This document shows positions 1 to 8,888 of a stretch of 64,000 nt of DNA, piece after piece. Below the pieces are notes generated by a model. The model made no database searches. It saw only the letters and a program-made list of their open reading frames with translations, and was not told the origin of the DNA. This DNA comes from an uncultured Oscillospiraceae bacterium (GTDB lineage Bacteria; Bacillota; Clostridia; Acetivibrionales; DTU013). How positions within the stretch are numbered: the first letter of the stretch is position 1; every line of letters starts with the position of its first letter. The position numbers were made by a program, and so were the translations under genes. The stretch covers positions 1,995-65,994 of the forward strand of contig CAZBEQ010000015.1 in the NCBI GenBank assembly GCA_964490975.1, written 5' to 3'.

Positions 1-2379
1 GGCTCTTATAGCTTCTGCAGTCTGTTTCAGGGTCTCCACGATCTGACTCACTGTGCCTGTCATTTCAAGTATATTGTTCCTTGCATGATCGATCTTGCTA
101 ACACCCTCATCCACGCCTGCAACACCGTCTCCGATACGCTCCACTGCGTATTTGATCCTGTTTTGTATCTCGCTTATCAGCTGCTTTATTTCATGGGCTG
201 CCTTATTACTGGCCTCGGAAAGCTTTCTGATTTCGTCAGCGAGTACCGTAAAGCCCTTGCCCTGCTGGCCGGCCCTTGCTGCCTCGATTGCAGCATTAAG
301 TGCCAGAAGGTTGGTCTTTGAAGCTATATCAGTTATTGTATTTGTGATATTCCCGATTTTGCTTGATGAATTTTCTAGCTCACCGATTGATCCTGCGATC
401 TGTTTAACAGTATCGGTTACATTACGGATGACTTCTTCAGCCTCTTTTACCGACTTCTCACCTCTGGCAGCTATCTCTATTACCTTCATTCCATCTTCAA
501 CGGCCTTGCCCGCTGTCTCGGCAAGATTCTCTGCATTGCTTCCATGTATGGCGACTCCTGAGGCAGGGCGCTTGATTCCTGTTATCAGGCTGTCCATAAT
601 GCTTTTAAGTCCATTGGTGACCTTTCCGGTATTTTCTCTGCTGTGTGAAAACAGCTCTGCCAACCCGCTTTTAAGTATGCCTATATTGCCGTTGGTGTTC
701 TTGACCTGCTCAATTATCCTTTGTTGTCCATCCAGTACTACATTGACCTTTTCACCCAATTCACCAAGCTCGTCCTGTCTGTTGCCTTTTACCCTGTCTG
801 TCAGGTCTCCCTTACCAGCTTTATCAAGCAGCCTGGTCATATCGCGTATTGGGTTGAGTATATTCCTTGACAGCCACAGCGCTGTGATCATACCAATTAA
901 CAGTGAAAGGAACGCAATGACAGCCAACGTTATCAGTAGCTCTTTTTTGAGCTCCTTTGATCTTTCTACATCATTTGTCAGATAAGTCTTATAAGCATCT
1001 TCAAGGCCTTTAAGCACAGTCAGCTGCTGATCATACAGCGCTGATGCATCTCCAAAGCTTTTTGGCAGTCCAGTATTTTCAAGCGACAGCTTCGCTGACA
1101 GAAGCGGCTCAAATGCAGATGATAATTTGGTACAGGCTTTGGCTGCTTCAGTTGCCAGCGGCGCATTTGTTGTCGAGAGCTCTGTCCCCAGCTTCGTAAG
1201 CTCATCTGCAGCATTTTGGATAGCTTTGCTGAATTCAGCTTTATCGCCACCGCTGCTTGATAATGCAGACATAGCTTGGTTATATGCTTCCTGCGTTTGT
1301 GAAATCACGTAATTAACAGATATAAGCTTTTTAATAGCGTATTGTTGCTCTTTTCCTGCCAAGCCATTAATGCTGCCCTGCATATCAGTTCCGTTAAGCA
1401 ATGCACTATCGAGATATAAACGTACACTCTCCTCAAGAGAAATGTCATAAACCGTGACCGGTATGTCGAGAGCTGATGCTGACTGCCGCCCGCTTGCGCC
1501 AAGGCCTGATGATGCCCCATTTGCTGCCTGCTGAACCGATATATTGCCTGAGCTAGACTGTGCGCTAGCTATTTGTCCGCTCTGTCCGGATTGCTGAACA
1601 TTGCCTGTCATACCTGAAGGCTGGCCTTTCAGCGCTTCCAGCTCAGCCTTCAGACTCTCTGTCTCTTTCTGGAGTGCCTCAATACTTTGCTGGAGGCTTG
1701 TTATCTCTTTACGCTGATTGCCGGTTAATCCAACAAGTTCACCGTTAGCTGCAGTTGCAGACTTATACTCCCCTATCACTTTCTCAATGACAGGAACAAA
1801 TTCACTGAGCAGGGTGAGCTGTTCTCCGGACAATGCTCCCAGCTCTTCTTTGTTATTGATTATTTTTACACTATTTTCAACTATCTGATTGAGTATGTTG
1901 TTCTGTAATGCACTTTCTTTTTCTGTCAGAAGACCATATTGAGCGGAAAAGCTTGAAAACAGGCTCTCATAGGTACTTCTGTCCGTCTTTGCTATACCGT
2001 CCGTTATATCATTGCCGCAGATTTGGACATATTGTGCAATTAATTCCTTTACCTTAGCGAGTTCAGCCTTTTCATTATCATCCGATTGCGCCGACAGATT
2101 ATCAACAGCCTTTAAAAGCCGTTCATTATTTGCTTCAAACTCATCTAAAGCCTGAGCATCTTCGCTTATCACACTCATTGATACTATCTGCTGCTGTTTA
2201 CGGATAATGTCACCGATTTCGCGCACACTGATTACACGGGCATTATTACTGTCCGCGCTCGCAGCGATACCTGATATCATAAGGTTGTAGCCTCCAAAGG
2301 TGACAGCCAGAGTGGCAATGGAACATATCAGGACCGTAACTGCAAATGCCAGGATCAATTTCGATCTAATTTTTATCAT
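1..2379 (-). CDS. methyl-accepting chemotaxis protein (3' end runs off the window)
   Basis: Absent from the ORF track because there is no stop codon inside the window. My minus-strand translation from the ATG at 2379 gives [26 protein letters not shown] (TM). In the same frame (327 and 2379 are both divisible by 3) it gives [38 protein letters not shown], the canonical MCP signalling hairpin. A second TM plus a HAMP-like segment lies near nt 830-960. Confidence 0.9.
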   Translation of the reverse strand, partial: MIKIRSKLILAFAVTVLICSIATLAVTFGGYNLMISGIAASADSNNARVISVREIGDIIRKQQQIVSMSVISEDAQALDEFEANNERLLKAVDNLSAQSDDNEKAELAKVKELIAQYVQICGNDITDGIAKTDRSTYESLFSSFSAQYGLLTEKESALQNNILNQIVENSVKIINNKEELGALSGEQLTLLSEFVPVIEKVIGEYKSATAANGELVGLTGNQRKEITSLQQSIEALQKETESLKAELEALKGQPSGMTGNVQQSGQSGQIASAQSSSGNISVQQAANGASSGLGASGRQSASALDIPVTVYDISLEESVRLYLDSALLNGTDMQGSINGLAGKEQQYAIKKLISVNYVISQTQEAYNQAMSALSSSGGDKAEFSKAIQNAADELTKLGTELSTTNAPLATEAAKACTKLSSAFEPLLSAKLSLENTGLPKSFGDASALYDQQLTVLKGLEDAYKTYLTNDVERSKELKKELLITLAVIAFLSLLIGMITALWLSRNILNPIRDMTRLLDKAGKGDLTDRVKGNRQDELGELGEKVNVVLDGQQRIIEQVKNTNGNIGILKSGLAELFSHSRENTGKVTNGLKSIMDSLITGIKRPASGVAIHGSNAENLAETAGKAVEDGMKVIEIAARGEKSVKEAEEVIRNVTDTVKQIAGSIGELENSSSKIGNITNTITDIASKTNLLALNAAIEAARAGQQGKGFTVLADEIRKLSEASNKAAHEIKQLISEIQNRIKYAVERIGDGVAGVDEGVSKIDHARNNILEMTGTVSQIVETLKQTAEAIRA

Positions 2380-2481
2380 CAGCTATATCCTCGCAATTAT
2401 TTAAACATCAGCTTATCCACAATCAAGTATATTATTCGATAAAACATTACAAATTCCTTCTAGTATCGATGATTATCTTAT

Positions 2482-2510
2482 TTGACAATGTTTAGAATAT
2501 AATATATAAA
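2482..2510 (+). promoter_or_regulatory. candidate sigma-A promoter for the M23 peptidase-bactofilin operon
   Basis: TTGACA (2482-2487), 17-nt spacer, TATAAA (2505-2510), about 137 nt upstream of the ATG at 2647. Confidence 0.4.
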
Positions 2511-2646
2511 TATTATGTGATTATTTTTCGGGAAAAAAGGATTTTACATAATTATGTAGAATTATAATATTGCCTTTTTTTCTGGCCATCACTGTACAAA
2601 AGATAAGAATATTTTGAGTATTATCATTTTTTACAGGCGGTTAGAC

Positions 2647-3579
2647 ATGAAGAAAGGGAAAGCCAAGAAAACACAAAGAAAATATTTTTCTGTTGTTTTG
2701 GTACCACATTCATCAAGTCATGTAAAGGTATTAAAATTTACGTCTTTTTATGCAAAGTTGACAGCCTTTTTTGTCATTTTAATTGCTGTGTCTGTTTGCA
2801 GTGGTTTATTCATATCAAAAATGCTTAAAGAAAATGCAGCTCTGAAGGATAACATCAACCAGCTCTACAGTACTACAGCCAAGCAAAACAAGCTCCTGGA
2901 TGAAAAATCTGAGGAGATCGATCGACTCCAGTCGGAAAGCGATGCATTCAAGGAAGTTGTAAATGATAAGATCGAAGAGTTTACGGAAGATTTCAACAAG
3001 ATAACTGATGAATACCTTGAAGAACGCAGTCAGAAGGTGAGCCGTTCAGGCGAAAGGAATGAGACAGAGTTCACCAGTGACATGCGCAATCTGAAATCTT
3101 CTCTTGACAGCCTTACGCAGCTTTATAGCAGATCAGACAGTCTCAATGCGGATCTCGATGCAGCTGAAGAAAAAATAGATGAGTTCATGGAAACGATTCC
3201 AACATTGTGGCCGGTCTCAGGTACAATAACAGACACATTCGGCACCGGGAAGGATCCGTTTACCAGAAGGCTAAGGTACCACACAGGAGTTGACATAGGT
3301 GCTGATTATGGCAGATCCATTAAGGCAGCCGCAAGCGGCAAGGTCACATCGGTAGATTATGTATATGGAACAGGGCGTACTGTAAAGATCTCTCACGGCA
3401 ACGGCATCACTACCTTGTACGGACACTGCTCCAGGATTCTCGTTGAGGAGGGCCAGACGGTAGAAAAGGGTGAAGTGATCGCAAAGATCGGAAGCTCCGG
3501 ACGCAGTACAGGCCCTCATCTCCATTTCGAAATACAGGTGTACGGGATCCCCGTTAATCCGCTTAAATATCTGGAATAA
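2647..3579 (+). CDS. M23 family metallopeptidase with N-terminal TM and coiled coil
   Basis: The C-terminal domain carries HTGVDIGADYGRSIKAAASGKV ... GPHLHFEIQVYGIPVNP, the LytM/M23 signature. The ATG at 2647 (MKKGKAKK) is preferred over the TTG at 2614 used in the ORF track. Confidence 0.85.
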   Translation: MKKGKAKKTQRKYFSVVLVPHSSSHVKVLKFTSFYAKLTAFFVILIAVSVCSGLFISKMLKENAALKDNINQLYSTTAKQNKLLDEKSEEIDRLQSESDAFKEVVNDKIEEFTEDFNKITDEYLEERSQKVSRSGERNETEFTSDMRNLKSSLDSLTQLYSRSDSLNADLDAAEEKIDEFMETIPTLWPVSGTITDTFGTGKDPFTRRLRYHTGVDIGADYGRSIKAAASGKVTSVDYVYGTGRTVKISHGNGITTLYGHCSRILVEEGQTVEKGEVIAKIGSSGRSTGPHLHFEIQVYGIPVNPLKYLE

Positions 3580-3598
3580 TAATCTGGAGGTATAAATT

Positions 3599-4015
3599 AT
3601 GTTAAGAAAGAAAGCAAGCTTCCGAGAAGGCGTAGATACTTTGATAGGCAGTAATTCAACATTTACCGGCAGTATAGAATCCGATGGTACAGTCAGGGTA
3701 GATGGAAAGCTGATAGGAGATATAAAGATAAAGGGAGACTGCTATGTCGGTAACAATGCAACCATACATGGAAATATCGAAGCTGCCAATGTCCACCTGT
3801 CCGGCACTGTTGAAGGCAATATTCTCGCCAGCGGTATATTGAAGATCCTGTCAACAGCAAAGCTGTACGGCAATATAAAAGTTAGCAGCTTTGTAGCTGA
3901 TGAGGGAGCTTTGTTCCAGGGCAAGTGTGAAATGCTGGATAATTCTTCAAATAACATCGTATCGGAGAAATCCACGAAGAATTATATAAAGAACAGTAAT
4001 TTAGAGAGCTCTTAA
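3599..4015 (+). CDS. bactofilin family polymer-forming cytoskeletal protein
   Basis: Repetitive beta-helix pattern: FTGSIESDGTVRVDGKLIGDIKIKGDCYVGNNATIHGNIEAANVHLSGTVEGNI...LYGNIKV. The RBS GGAGGT lies 8 nt upstream. Confidence 0.85.
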   Translation: MLRKKASFREGVDTLIGSNSTFTGSIESDGTVRVDGKLIGDIKIKGDCYVGNNATIHGNIEAANVHLSGTVEGNILASGILKILSTAKLYGNIKVSSFVADEGALFQGKCEMLDNSSNNIVSEKSTKNYIKNSNLESS

Positions 4016-4017
4016 TT

Positions 4018-4176
4018 CTACATCCCAATCAATTCGAATATATTTATTTGTGTAAGCAGATAGGCTACTGCCATTATCAACGCAGTGAGGGCAAGGCGGA
4101 GCAGCATACGGATCCGTTTGATGTTCCGCTTTTTCACATACCACCACTTGCGGTATAGTTTGCTGTTCCTGAACAT
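4018..4176 (-). CDS. small (52 aa) basic/hydrophobic membrane or pro-peptide-like protein
   Basis: Below the ORF-track size cutoff. My translation is MFRNSKLYRKWWYVKKRNIKRIRMLLRLALTALIMAVAYLLTQINIFELIGM. The RBS GGAGGTG lies 6 nt upstream of the ATG at 4176. Caveat: this RBS is also the arm of a plus-strand terminator hairpin. Confidence 0.4.
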   Translation of the reverse strand: MFRNSKLYRKWWYVKKRNIKRIRMLLRLALTALIMAVAYLLTQINIFELIGM

Positions 4177-4177
4177 G

Positions 4178-4222
4178 GAAACACCTCCGTCGCATTATAG
4201 TATGCGGAAGGTGTTTTTTTGG
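4178..4222 (+). terminator. rho-independent terminator, probably for the M23-bactofilin transcript
   Basis: AAACACCTCC...GGAAGGTGTTT stem followed by a T7 run (4214-4220). Confidence 0.6.
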
Positions 4223-4242
4223 TTACACATGAAAAAAATTTC

Positions 4243-4713
4243 TCACTCCTGCTTCCAGTTGAAATTTTTCAATATCTCTACAGACATATACCGTTTTAGG
4301 GCTGTTTCAGACTGCACATATGTATCCTCCAAAAAAAGCTTGTATAATGCATCATCTTCTATAAGGTACTTGCTGTCCAGCAAACGGTCGAGTATACTAC
4401 TGATTTTTTTCTGGATCTCTCTGTCCTCAAGCACCTTCATATTCCTGTCCTTTGCTATGACAAGTCTGAGCAGCGAAGGTACCCTGAGTGCAGGCGTTTC
4501 GTTCTGTTGCTCTATTCCAAGCAATTCATCGATATCTAAATCAAGCTCGTTTGCTATCCTTAGCATCAATTCCAGATTGGGATTTGTTTTTCTGCCATTT
4601 TCCAGCTGTGAAAGATATCCCGGTGAAATTCCTGCCCTTTTGGCAAAATCCACCAGCGATATTTTCAGTTCTTCCCTTCTGGCCTTAATTATCTCACCTA
4701 CTTTGATCTGCAA
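4243..4713 (-). CDS. XRE family HTH transcriptional regulator
   Basis: HTH_3 signature: ISLVDFAKRAGISPGYLSQLENGRKTNPNLELMLRIANELDLDIDELLG. The TTG at 4713 sits 6 nt after AAGGGGTG. The ORF track starts at the GTG at 4722. Confidence 0.8.
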   Translation of the reverse strand: MQIKVGEIIKARREELKISLVDFAKRAGISPGYLSQLENGRKTNPNLELMLRIANELDLDIDELLGIEQQNETPALRVPSLLRLVIAKDRNMKVLEDREIQKKISSILDRLLDSKYLIEDDALYKLFLEDTYVQSETALKRYMSVEILKNFNWKQE

Positions 4714-4869
4714 AGAAAACACCCCTTATTTGATGCATTATTGACCGGTAGATACGTTTCACACGGCATAATATTATTGTATATAACAACTTGAAATAAT
4801 ACAACAAAATTGCTACACGACGATACTTCTAATCACATTAACACTTAAATATACGTGTTAGCTGTCTTT

Positions 4870-4898
4870 TTGCAGCAATGGATTAAATGTGTTATAAT
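4870..4898 (+). promoter_or_regulatory. sigma-A promoter with extended -10, upstream of the PBP gene
   Basis: TTGCAG (4870-4875), 17-nt spacer ending in TGT, TATAAT (4893-4898). Confidence 0.55.
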
Positions 4899-5001
4899 GT
4901 AAAGGCATTTTTAAAAGGGAACCATTGATTATAAGAAACAGTCTATAATTATTGGAAGCATACTATTTAGTATGAAACACTTAACCAGAGGGAGGACACA
5001 C

Positions 5002-7593
5002 ATGAAGTCCAGTAAAAAACCTGCTGACAGTACAGCAGTCAAAAAAACAAAAAAAGCAAAGAGACCTTCATTTATAAAAAAGTTTATATTGACTTTTATC
5101 ATTTGCCTTATAATATTTGTCCTTGCAATAGGCTTTGCTATGGCGGGTCTAGTTGGTGGAGCCGTCTATGGATACATAAAAACCTCAACCCCTATCACGG
5201 AAGAGCAGCTTTTAGCAAAAGCCTCAAACAGGACTACTCTTATATATGACGCAAAGGGTAATATCATACAGAAGCTGACCGGCAGGGACAATATGGACAG
5301 TGAACCGATTACGGACAAGCAAGCTCCCAAGTACCTGAAAGATGCAATAATCGCCATAGAGGATGAACGGTTCAAGACGCACCCCGGAGTGGACATACAG
5401 GGTGTTATTAACGCAGGACTTGGATTTGTCAAAAGTATAGTTACAGGTGATAATTCAACCTCGCGCGGCGGCAGTACGATAACACAACAGGTCGTCAAGA
5501 ATATCACGGGTGATGATACACGTTCTATCGAAAGAAAGGTGCAGGAAGGTTATGCTGCAATAATGCTGGAGAAGAAGCTTGAGAAGTGGCAGATACTTGA
5601 GCTGTATATGAACCTCGGGTACTGGGGTAATAGCTGCACAGGCGTTCAATCCGCTTCGAAAAAGTACTTTGGAAAACCTGTCAGCGAGCTCTCTTTGGCG
5701 CAATGCGCGCTTCTGGCCGGTATAACCAACAGCCCGGGCAAGTATAACCCATTTACAGAAAAAGGTCGTGAAAAAACAAAGGAGCGTCAGAAGATAATAC
5801 TATCTTTGATGCTCAAGCAGGGCAAAATATCGCAGGCCGAATATGACCAGGCAATTAAAGAAGATCTGAAATTTGTTCCAAAATCCAACTCGCAAAGGGT
5901 CGTAAGTGTACAAAGTTATTTCGTAGACCAGGTAATCGTAGATGTCAGGAAAGCATTAATGGAGCAGATGAATATATCCGCAACGATGGCTAATTACATG
6001 ATATACGGCGGCGGTCTTGAGATATATACGACAATGGACCCGAAAATCCAGACTGATATGGATTCTGTATTTCTGGATGACAAATACTTCCCTCAGGTGA
6101 ATGAAACGGCTAAAAGGCAGATGGAGCATTCGCAGGCCGCAATGGCGATAGTTGACGTACAAAACGGCCATATTAAAGCACTTTACGGCGGTTATGGCAA
6201 AAAAGAAGCAAGCAATACGCTAAACAGAGCCTCCTCCTCACTCATGAAGAGGCAGCCCGGTTCTACTGCCAAGCCTATAACAACATATGCCCCAGCCATA
6301 GATATGAAAAAGATCACAGCTGCAACAGTAATTGATGACAAACCCGTATATATGTTGACAGGCAAGGATTCCGAACGTCCTTACCCTACAAACTATGATA
6401 ATAAGTATGACGGTCTGACAACAGTCCGCAATGGCTTGAAAAACTCGGTAAATGTTGTTGCTGCAACTATATGGAGAGATTACCTGGGCGCCGACAACTC
6501 AATTGAGTATCTAAAGAAGGTAGGTATCAACAGGGAAAAAGAAAAATACATCTCGCTTGTCATGGGCGGATGGGAACAGGGAATAAATCCGCTTCAGCTG
6601 GCAGCAGCCTATGTCCCCTTTGCACATGAAGGCCTTTACTATGAACCCACGACCTTTACCCTGGTTAAGGACAGTGACGGAGCTGAATTGATCAATAGAA
6701 AAGCTTCCAATTTCAATATAGCTTACAGCGAGCAAACAGCTTTCATAATGACTGATATGCTGCAGGAAGTAACAAAGGGACGTACGTCCACATATCCTCA
6801 TTCCGGAACAGCTGTAACTAACGTAAACGAGGAGATTATTGGCATGCCGATAGCTGCCAAAACAGGAACCACACAGAGCAATATCGACAAGTGGCTGGTT
6901 GGTTATACGCCCTATTATTCCGCTGCTGTTTGGTATGGCTATGATAATTCGGGCTCTGAGCCCATAGAGGTAAAAAAAGAAGAGATGTACCAGGCCCATA
7001 AGATATTCTCCGCTGTTATGAAGAAAGTCCATGAGGACTTGCCAAAGAAAGAATTCAATGAAATGCCAAGCGATATAGTTAAAAAGACGATATGTATTTA
7101 CTCTGGGAAAGTAGCAACAGATCTATGCAAACATGAGCCCAGAGGTAATGCAACAAAGGTCGAATACTTTATTAAAGGAACTGAACCTCGCGATGACGAT
7201 CCATGTACTATTCATGTCGAAGCTCAGGTCTGTACCGAAAGTCAGGACACTTTAAAGCGCAATTTGCTTGCGGGTCCGTATTGTCCTGCCGAGAAAATTG
7301 TTTCAAAGGTATTCATACAGCGCGATCCTCCATATTTACCTGTAAAGCCAAATGAAACAGCGCCAAAGGACGTAATCTATGAGCTCCCTGCCGGGGAATT
7401 CTGTACAGTCCATGGGGCACCTCCTGTCACAGAGCTCCCGGGTATCGGTGATATGCTCGACTGGCTGCTTCCTGGCGGTGATGAAAATACTGATACCGAC
7501 GGGTCAGCTACCGATAATGAAGGCGATCCGACAAATCCGGACAGTCCACAGGACAGTACTCACGATCTCGACAGTATAATACCGCTGGAATAG
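5002..7593 (+). CDS. class A (bifunctional) penicillin-binding protein, PBP1A family
   Basis: N-terminal TM. GT51 motifs: IAIEDERFKTHPGVD, RGGSTITQQVVKN. Transpeptidase motifs: STAKP, KTGTT. The RBS GAGGGAGG precedes the ATG at 5002. Confidence 0.92.
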   Translation: MKSSKKPADSTAVKKTKKAKRPSFIKKFILTFIICLIIFVLAIGFAMAGLVGGAVYGYIKTSTPITEEQLLAKASNRTTLIYDAKGNIIQKLTGRDNMDSEPITDKQAPKYLKDAIIAIEDERFKTHPGVDIQGVINAGLGFVKSIVTGDNSTSRGGSTITQQVVKNITGDDTRSIERKVQEGYAAIMLEKKLEKWQILELYMNLGYWGNSCTGVQSASKKYFGKPVSELSLAQCALLAGITNSPGKYNPFTEKGREKTKERQKIILSLMLKQGKISQAEYDQAIKEDLKFVPKSNSQRVVSVQSYFVDQVIVDVRKALMEQMNISATMANYMIYGGGLEIYTTMDPKIQTDMDSVFLDDKYFPQVNETAKRQMEHSQAAMAIVDVQNGHIKALYGGYGKKEASNTLNRASSSLMKRQPGSTAKPITTYAPAIDMKKITAATVIDDKPVYMLTGKDSERPYPTNYDNKYDGLTTVRNGLKNSVNVVAATIWRDYLGADNSIEYLKKVGINREKEKYISLVMGGWEQGINPLQLAAAYVPFAHEGLYYEPTTFTLVKDSDGAELINRKASNFNIAYSEQTAFIMTDMLQEVTKGRTSTYPHSGTAVTNVNEEIIGMPIAAKTGTTQSNIDKWLVGYTPYYSAAVWYGYDNSGSEPIEVKKEEMYQAHKIFSAVMKKVHEDLPKKEFNEMPSDIVKKTICIYSGKVATDLCKHEPRGNATKVEYFIKGTEPRDDDPCTIHVEAQVCTESQDTLKRNLLAGPYCPAEKIVSKVFIQRDPPYLPVKPNETAPKDVIYELPAGEFCTVHGAPPVTELPGIGDMLDWLLPGGDENTDTDGSATDNEGDPTNPDSPQDSTHDLDSIIPLE

Positions 7594-7610
7594 AGAGTTA
7601 CAGAATAGTG

Positions 7611-7646
7611 AACCACCGGCCTGGGCATGGCCGGTGGTTTTTCTTT
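7611..7646 (+). terminator. rho-independent terminator of the PBP gene
   Basis: AACCACCGGCC / GGCCGGTGGTT stem followed by TTTCTTT. Confidence 0.8.
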
Positions 7647-7659
7647 AGCGGGCATAACC

Positions 7660-7935
7660 CAGGTTCAGATTTGACCGTACTACTCGTTTTTGCAATTATA
7701 GGACAAAATTGCAGGGCATTGCGAAGAAAAAGCCTTACTTTTAATCGGTTTATATATACAACAGGTCATTTTTTAGTGAAATTCCGTTCTAAAGTTACAA
7801 TAATGAGTAGTGCGCTATTATATTTATTCAGGCAAAGAGGTACCACATATACTTGGATTTTAGTTGGATTTGACAGATCACAACCATGTCGTATCAAAAG
7901 TACTTTTTTTACTTATCGCTGAAAGCTCTACGGAA
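7660..7935 (+). repeat. copy A of a diverged ~280-nt intergenic repeat family
   Basis: Aligns by eye along its length with 51223-51505. This includes an identical 23-mer, ACTACTCGTTTTTGCAATTATAG (7679-7701 = 51250-51272), and the blocks GTTCTAAAGTT, CAGGCAAAGA and ATCGCTGAAAGC. Its 3' half also aligns with the minus strand of 29972-30096. Confidence 0.75.
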
Positions 7936-7968
7936 CCCCTCGTCTAACGCAAGGTTCCACATACAACT

Positions 7969-8003
7969 AAACGCAGGGTTGATTTGTCCCTGCGTTCTTG
8001 TTT
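7969..8003. terminator. hairpin between repeat copy A and the 3' end of proB
   Basis: AAACGCAGGG / CCCTGCGTT stem with CTTGTTT after it on the plus strand. The T-run is weak on both strands. Confidence 0.45.
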
Positions 8004-8034
8004 AACCGACTATAATAATTCTATTATGCATTAC

Positions 8035-8856
8035 CTATTTGTTTTTACCAACAAAAAGCGTTCCTGTATCCTTACCCTCAATAATAGACATAATGTTTAC
8101 AGGATCTGATCCGTTTGCTAGTATCATATCGATAGAATTCTTATTTGCTATCCTGGCGGCTGTGAGCTTTGTTATCATTCCCCCGGTCCCCCGTCTTGTG
8201 CCTGCTCCGCCGGCGCATTGTTCTATTTCAGGAGTTATATCCCTGATAATGGGCAATTTCCTTGCATTGGGATTTTCATGCGGATCGCCGTCATAGAAGC
8301 CGTCTATGTCCGACAGGATGACCAGCAGGTCAGCATTGACAAGAACAGCGACTATTGCAGAAAGTGTGTCATTATCACCGAAAACCCTCTTTTCACCGTA
8401 TTCGATTTCATCTATCGAAACAGAGTCGTTCTCATTAACAATAGGTACTATTCCATACTCGAGCAGAGTCTCAAAGGTGTTGATGACGTTCTGCCTTGTG
8501 TGCTCTTCCTCTACTACATCACGAGTGAGCAGTATCTGTCCGACTGTATGCCCATATTCCGAGAAGAATTTGCTATATATATGCATAAGCTCGCATTGGC
8601 CGACTGCAGCTACTGCCTGCTTACCCCTGACTGTCTTCGGCTTCTCTTTTAGCTTTAGCTTTCCAACCCCTACACCGATAGCACCTGATGAGACCAGCAC
8701 TACTTCTCTATCCTGATTGAGCAGATCTGACAGTACCATTGCCAGCTTATCGATCCTTGAAAAATTTACCTTGCCATTCTCGTATGTAAGCGTAGATGTC
8801 CCGACCTTTATAACTATTCTTTTTGCCTGCTTAAGTTTTTCTCTTTCACTTATCAT
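8035..8856 (-). CDS. proB: glutamate 5-kinase
   Basis: IVIKVGTSTLT...VVLVSSGAIGVG...GDNDTLSAIVA, the amino-acid kinase fold typical of ProB. There is no PUA domain (short form). The ATG at 8856 follows GAAGGAGAT; the ORF-track start at 8916 lies inside the repeat array. Confidence 0.9.
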   Translation of the reverse strand: MISEREKLKQAKRIVIKVGTSTLTYENGKVNFSRIDKLAMVLSDLLNQDREVVLVSSGAIGVGVGKLKLKEKPKTVRGKQAVAAVGQCELMHIYSKFFSEYGHTVGQILLTRDVVEEEHTRQNVINTFETLLEYGIVPIVNENDSVSIDEIEYGEKRVFGDNDTLSAIVAVLVNADLLVILSDIDGFYDGDPHENPNARKLPIIRDITPEIEQCAGGAGTRRGTGGMITKLTAARIANKNSIDMILANGSDPVNIMSIIEGKDTGTLFVGKNK

Positions 8857-8888
8857 TTTTATATCTCCTTCGTGAATACCAGGTTGCC

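Noticed and set aside
95-985. A 296-aa plus-strand ORF, and its neighbours 85-321 and 1127-1312.
   Set aside because: The sequence is low-complexity and S/L/I-rich, and it is antisense to the clearly recognisable MCP signalling domain on the minus strand. It is a shadow ORF.
4085-4744. A 219-aa plus-strand ORF.
   Set aside because: It is antisense to the XRE regulator gene, is Ser/Leu/Phe-rich, and has no RBS or motif. It is a shadow ORF.
6511-7032. A 173-aa minus-strand ORF inside the PBP gene.
   Set aside because: It is antisense to the conserved transpeptidase domain and has no independent support.
7608-7922. A 104-aa plus-strand ORF inside repeat copy A.
   Set aside because: The reading frame is not preserved in copies B and C, which carry indels and stops. 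It begins inside the PBP terminator hairpin and has no RBS.
8218-8716. Plus-strand ORFs of 136-144 aa within proB.
   Set aside because: They are antisense to a confidently identified glutamate 5-kinase and carry no motifs.
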